From assembly GCA_001724265.1 (NCBI GenBank), contig MEDY01000295.1:1-61151 (forward strand): a stretch of 61,151 bases of DNA. Reading direction: 5' to 3'. The notes under the pieces are model-generated. The model had not been told where the DNA came from. It saw nothing but the letters and a program-made list of their open reading frames with translations, and did no database searches. The stretch is from Rhizaria sp. SCN 62-66 (taxonomy: Eukaryota). The translations under genes and the position numbers were made by a program. This document shows, in pieces, positions 60,701-61,151 of the stretch (within the stretch, counting starts at the first letter, position 1; each line of letters opens with the position of its first letter).

Positions 60701-61151
60701 TTAAGCCGCTGTCCGTCTATCTCATTACCCTCTCTGCTGCGACGGCCGCTGCCAACGCAGCCGCGGCCGCCGCAGCCGCCGCGTCCGGCGGGCTGTCGGC
60801 GCCCTACATCGGCGGCGGCGGCGGTAGCAACTCAAGCTCTGATTCCGCCTCGAGCTCGCCTTCCTCTGCTTCTGCCTCTGCTGCCACTGCCAAGGCCGCT
60901 GCCCGCCGCGCCCGCCGCCCCCCCACCGCCGCCGCCGCCACCACTCACGACGACGACGACGATGATAATGACGATGGCCGGTTCAGCGTCGAGCTGCACA
61001 TGGCCCTGATCACCGCCGCCGCGGTCGCCGTCGCTGCCGAGGCCGCCGACGGGGCCGGCGGCGGCGCGGGCGGCGCGGGCGCGGGCGCCGACGCGGGCGG
61101 CGCGGGCAGCGACGGCGACGGCGACGACGACGACGGCGCCGCGGCGGGCGC
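51790..61151 (+). CDS. Very large low-complexity protein, 3' partial (exons 51790-56932 and 57107 to window end)
   Basis: First ATG at 51790. The phase-1 splice gives GTAL-A-PVTHAAYISFFLR. The exon 2 frame appears open to the end of the window (read by hand to about 58200; the ORF track lists no stop-terminated ORF in that frame). Contains an ordered helical block (QDWRRD, SLYRLADTWT...EYADFI). Confidence 0.82.
53892..53949 (+). repeat. 15-nt tandem repeat (tgacYgtgagcagag) x~4 encoding (S)D(C/R)EQ
   Basis: NDREQ-SDCEQ-SDREQ-SDCEQ. Confidence 0.85.
56933..57106 (+). other. Spliceosomal intron, 174 nt
   Basis: Donor GTACGT, strong polypyrimidine tract and TTCAG acceptor; very AT-rich between GC-rich exons. 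Confidence 0.9.

Noticed and set aside
267-61009. Many overlapping and antisense ORFs of 60-340 aa
   Set aside because: Shadows of GC-rich or repeat-rich real genes; they read as frame-shifted microsatellites with no domains.
1-61151. tRNA (especially a CUA-anticodon tRNA-Gln), rRNA, snRNA, CRISPR array or transposase
   Set aside because: None recognised by eye in the intergenic regions; tRNAscan-SE and Infernal are needed to be sure.

Overview
Eukaryotic nuclear DNA, probably from a protist (lineage cannot be fixed from this window), with about seven protein genes and few introns; the three clear introns all begin GTACGT. Main result: TAG does not behave as a stop codon. Thirteen in-frame TAGs (11 firm, 2 possibly intronic) interrupt otherwise continuous frames in four unrelated genes, including dolichol kinase. 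No in-frame TAA or TGA interrupts any gene, and all six visible gene ends are TAA or TGA. Several TAGs sit in Gln-rich runs (LLQ*QAL, EQAQ*QSS, AA*LQQQQQ, L*QPQSQPQ), so the best reading is a nuclear code with UAG=Gln and UAA/UGA=stop. Under that code, about ten ORF fragments at 15378-44755 merge into one ~9,800-codon surface or receptor protein: signal peptide, three ~715-aa repeats, 8 Sushi, cbEGF, IPT/TIG, Cys-rich repeats and a multi-pass membrane module. Four frame breaks remain in it. Other genes: a low-complexity SAP-domain protein, an orphan two-exon protein, a purple-acid-phosphatase-like metallophosphoesterase, a small coiled-coil protein and a large partial low-complexity protein. 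Also seen: a candidate structured RNA at ~8.9-9.04 kb, a 186-bp duplication, and short DNA motifs recurring inside coding sequence in different frames and strands. All domain calls are by eye; no searches were run.
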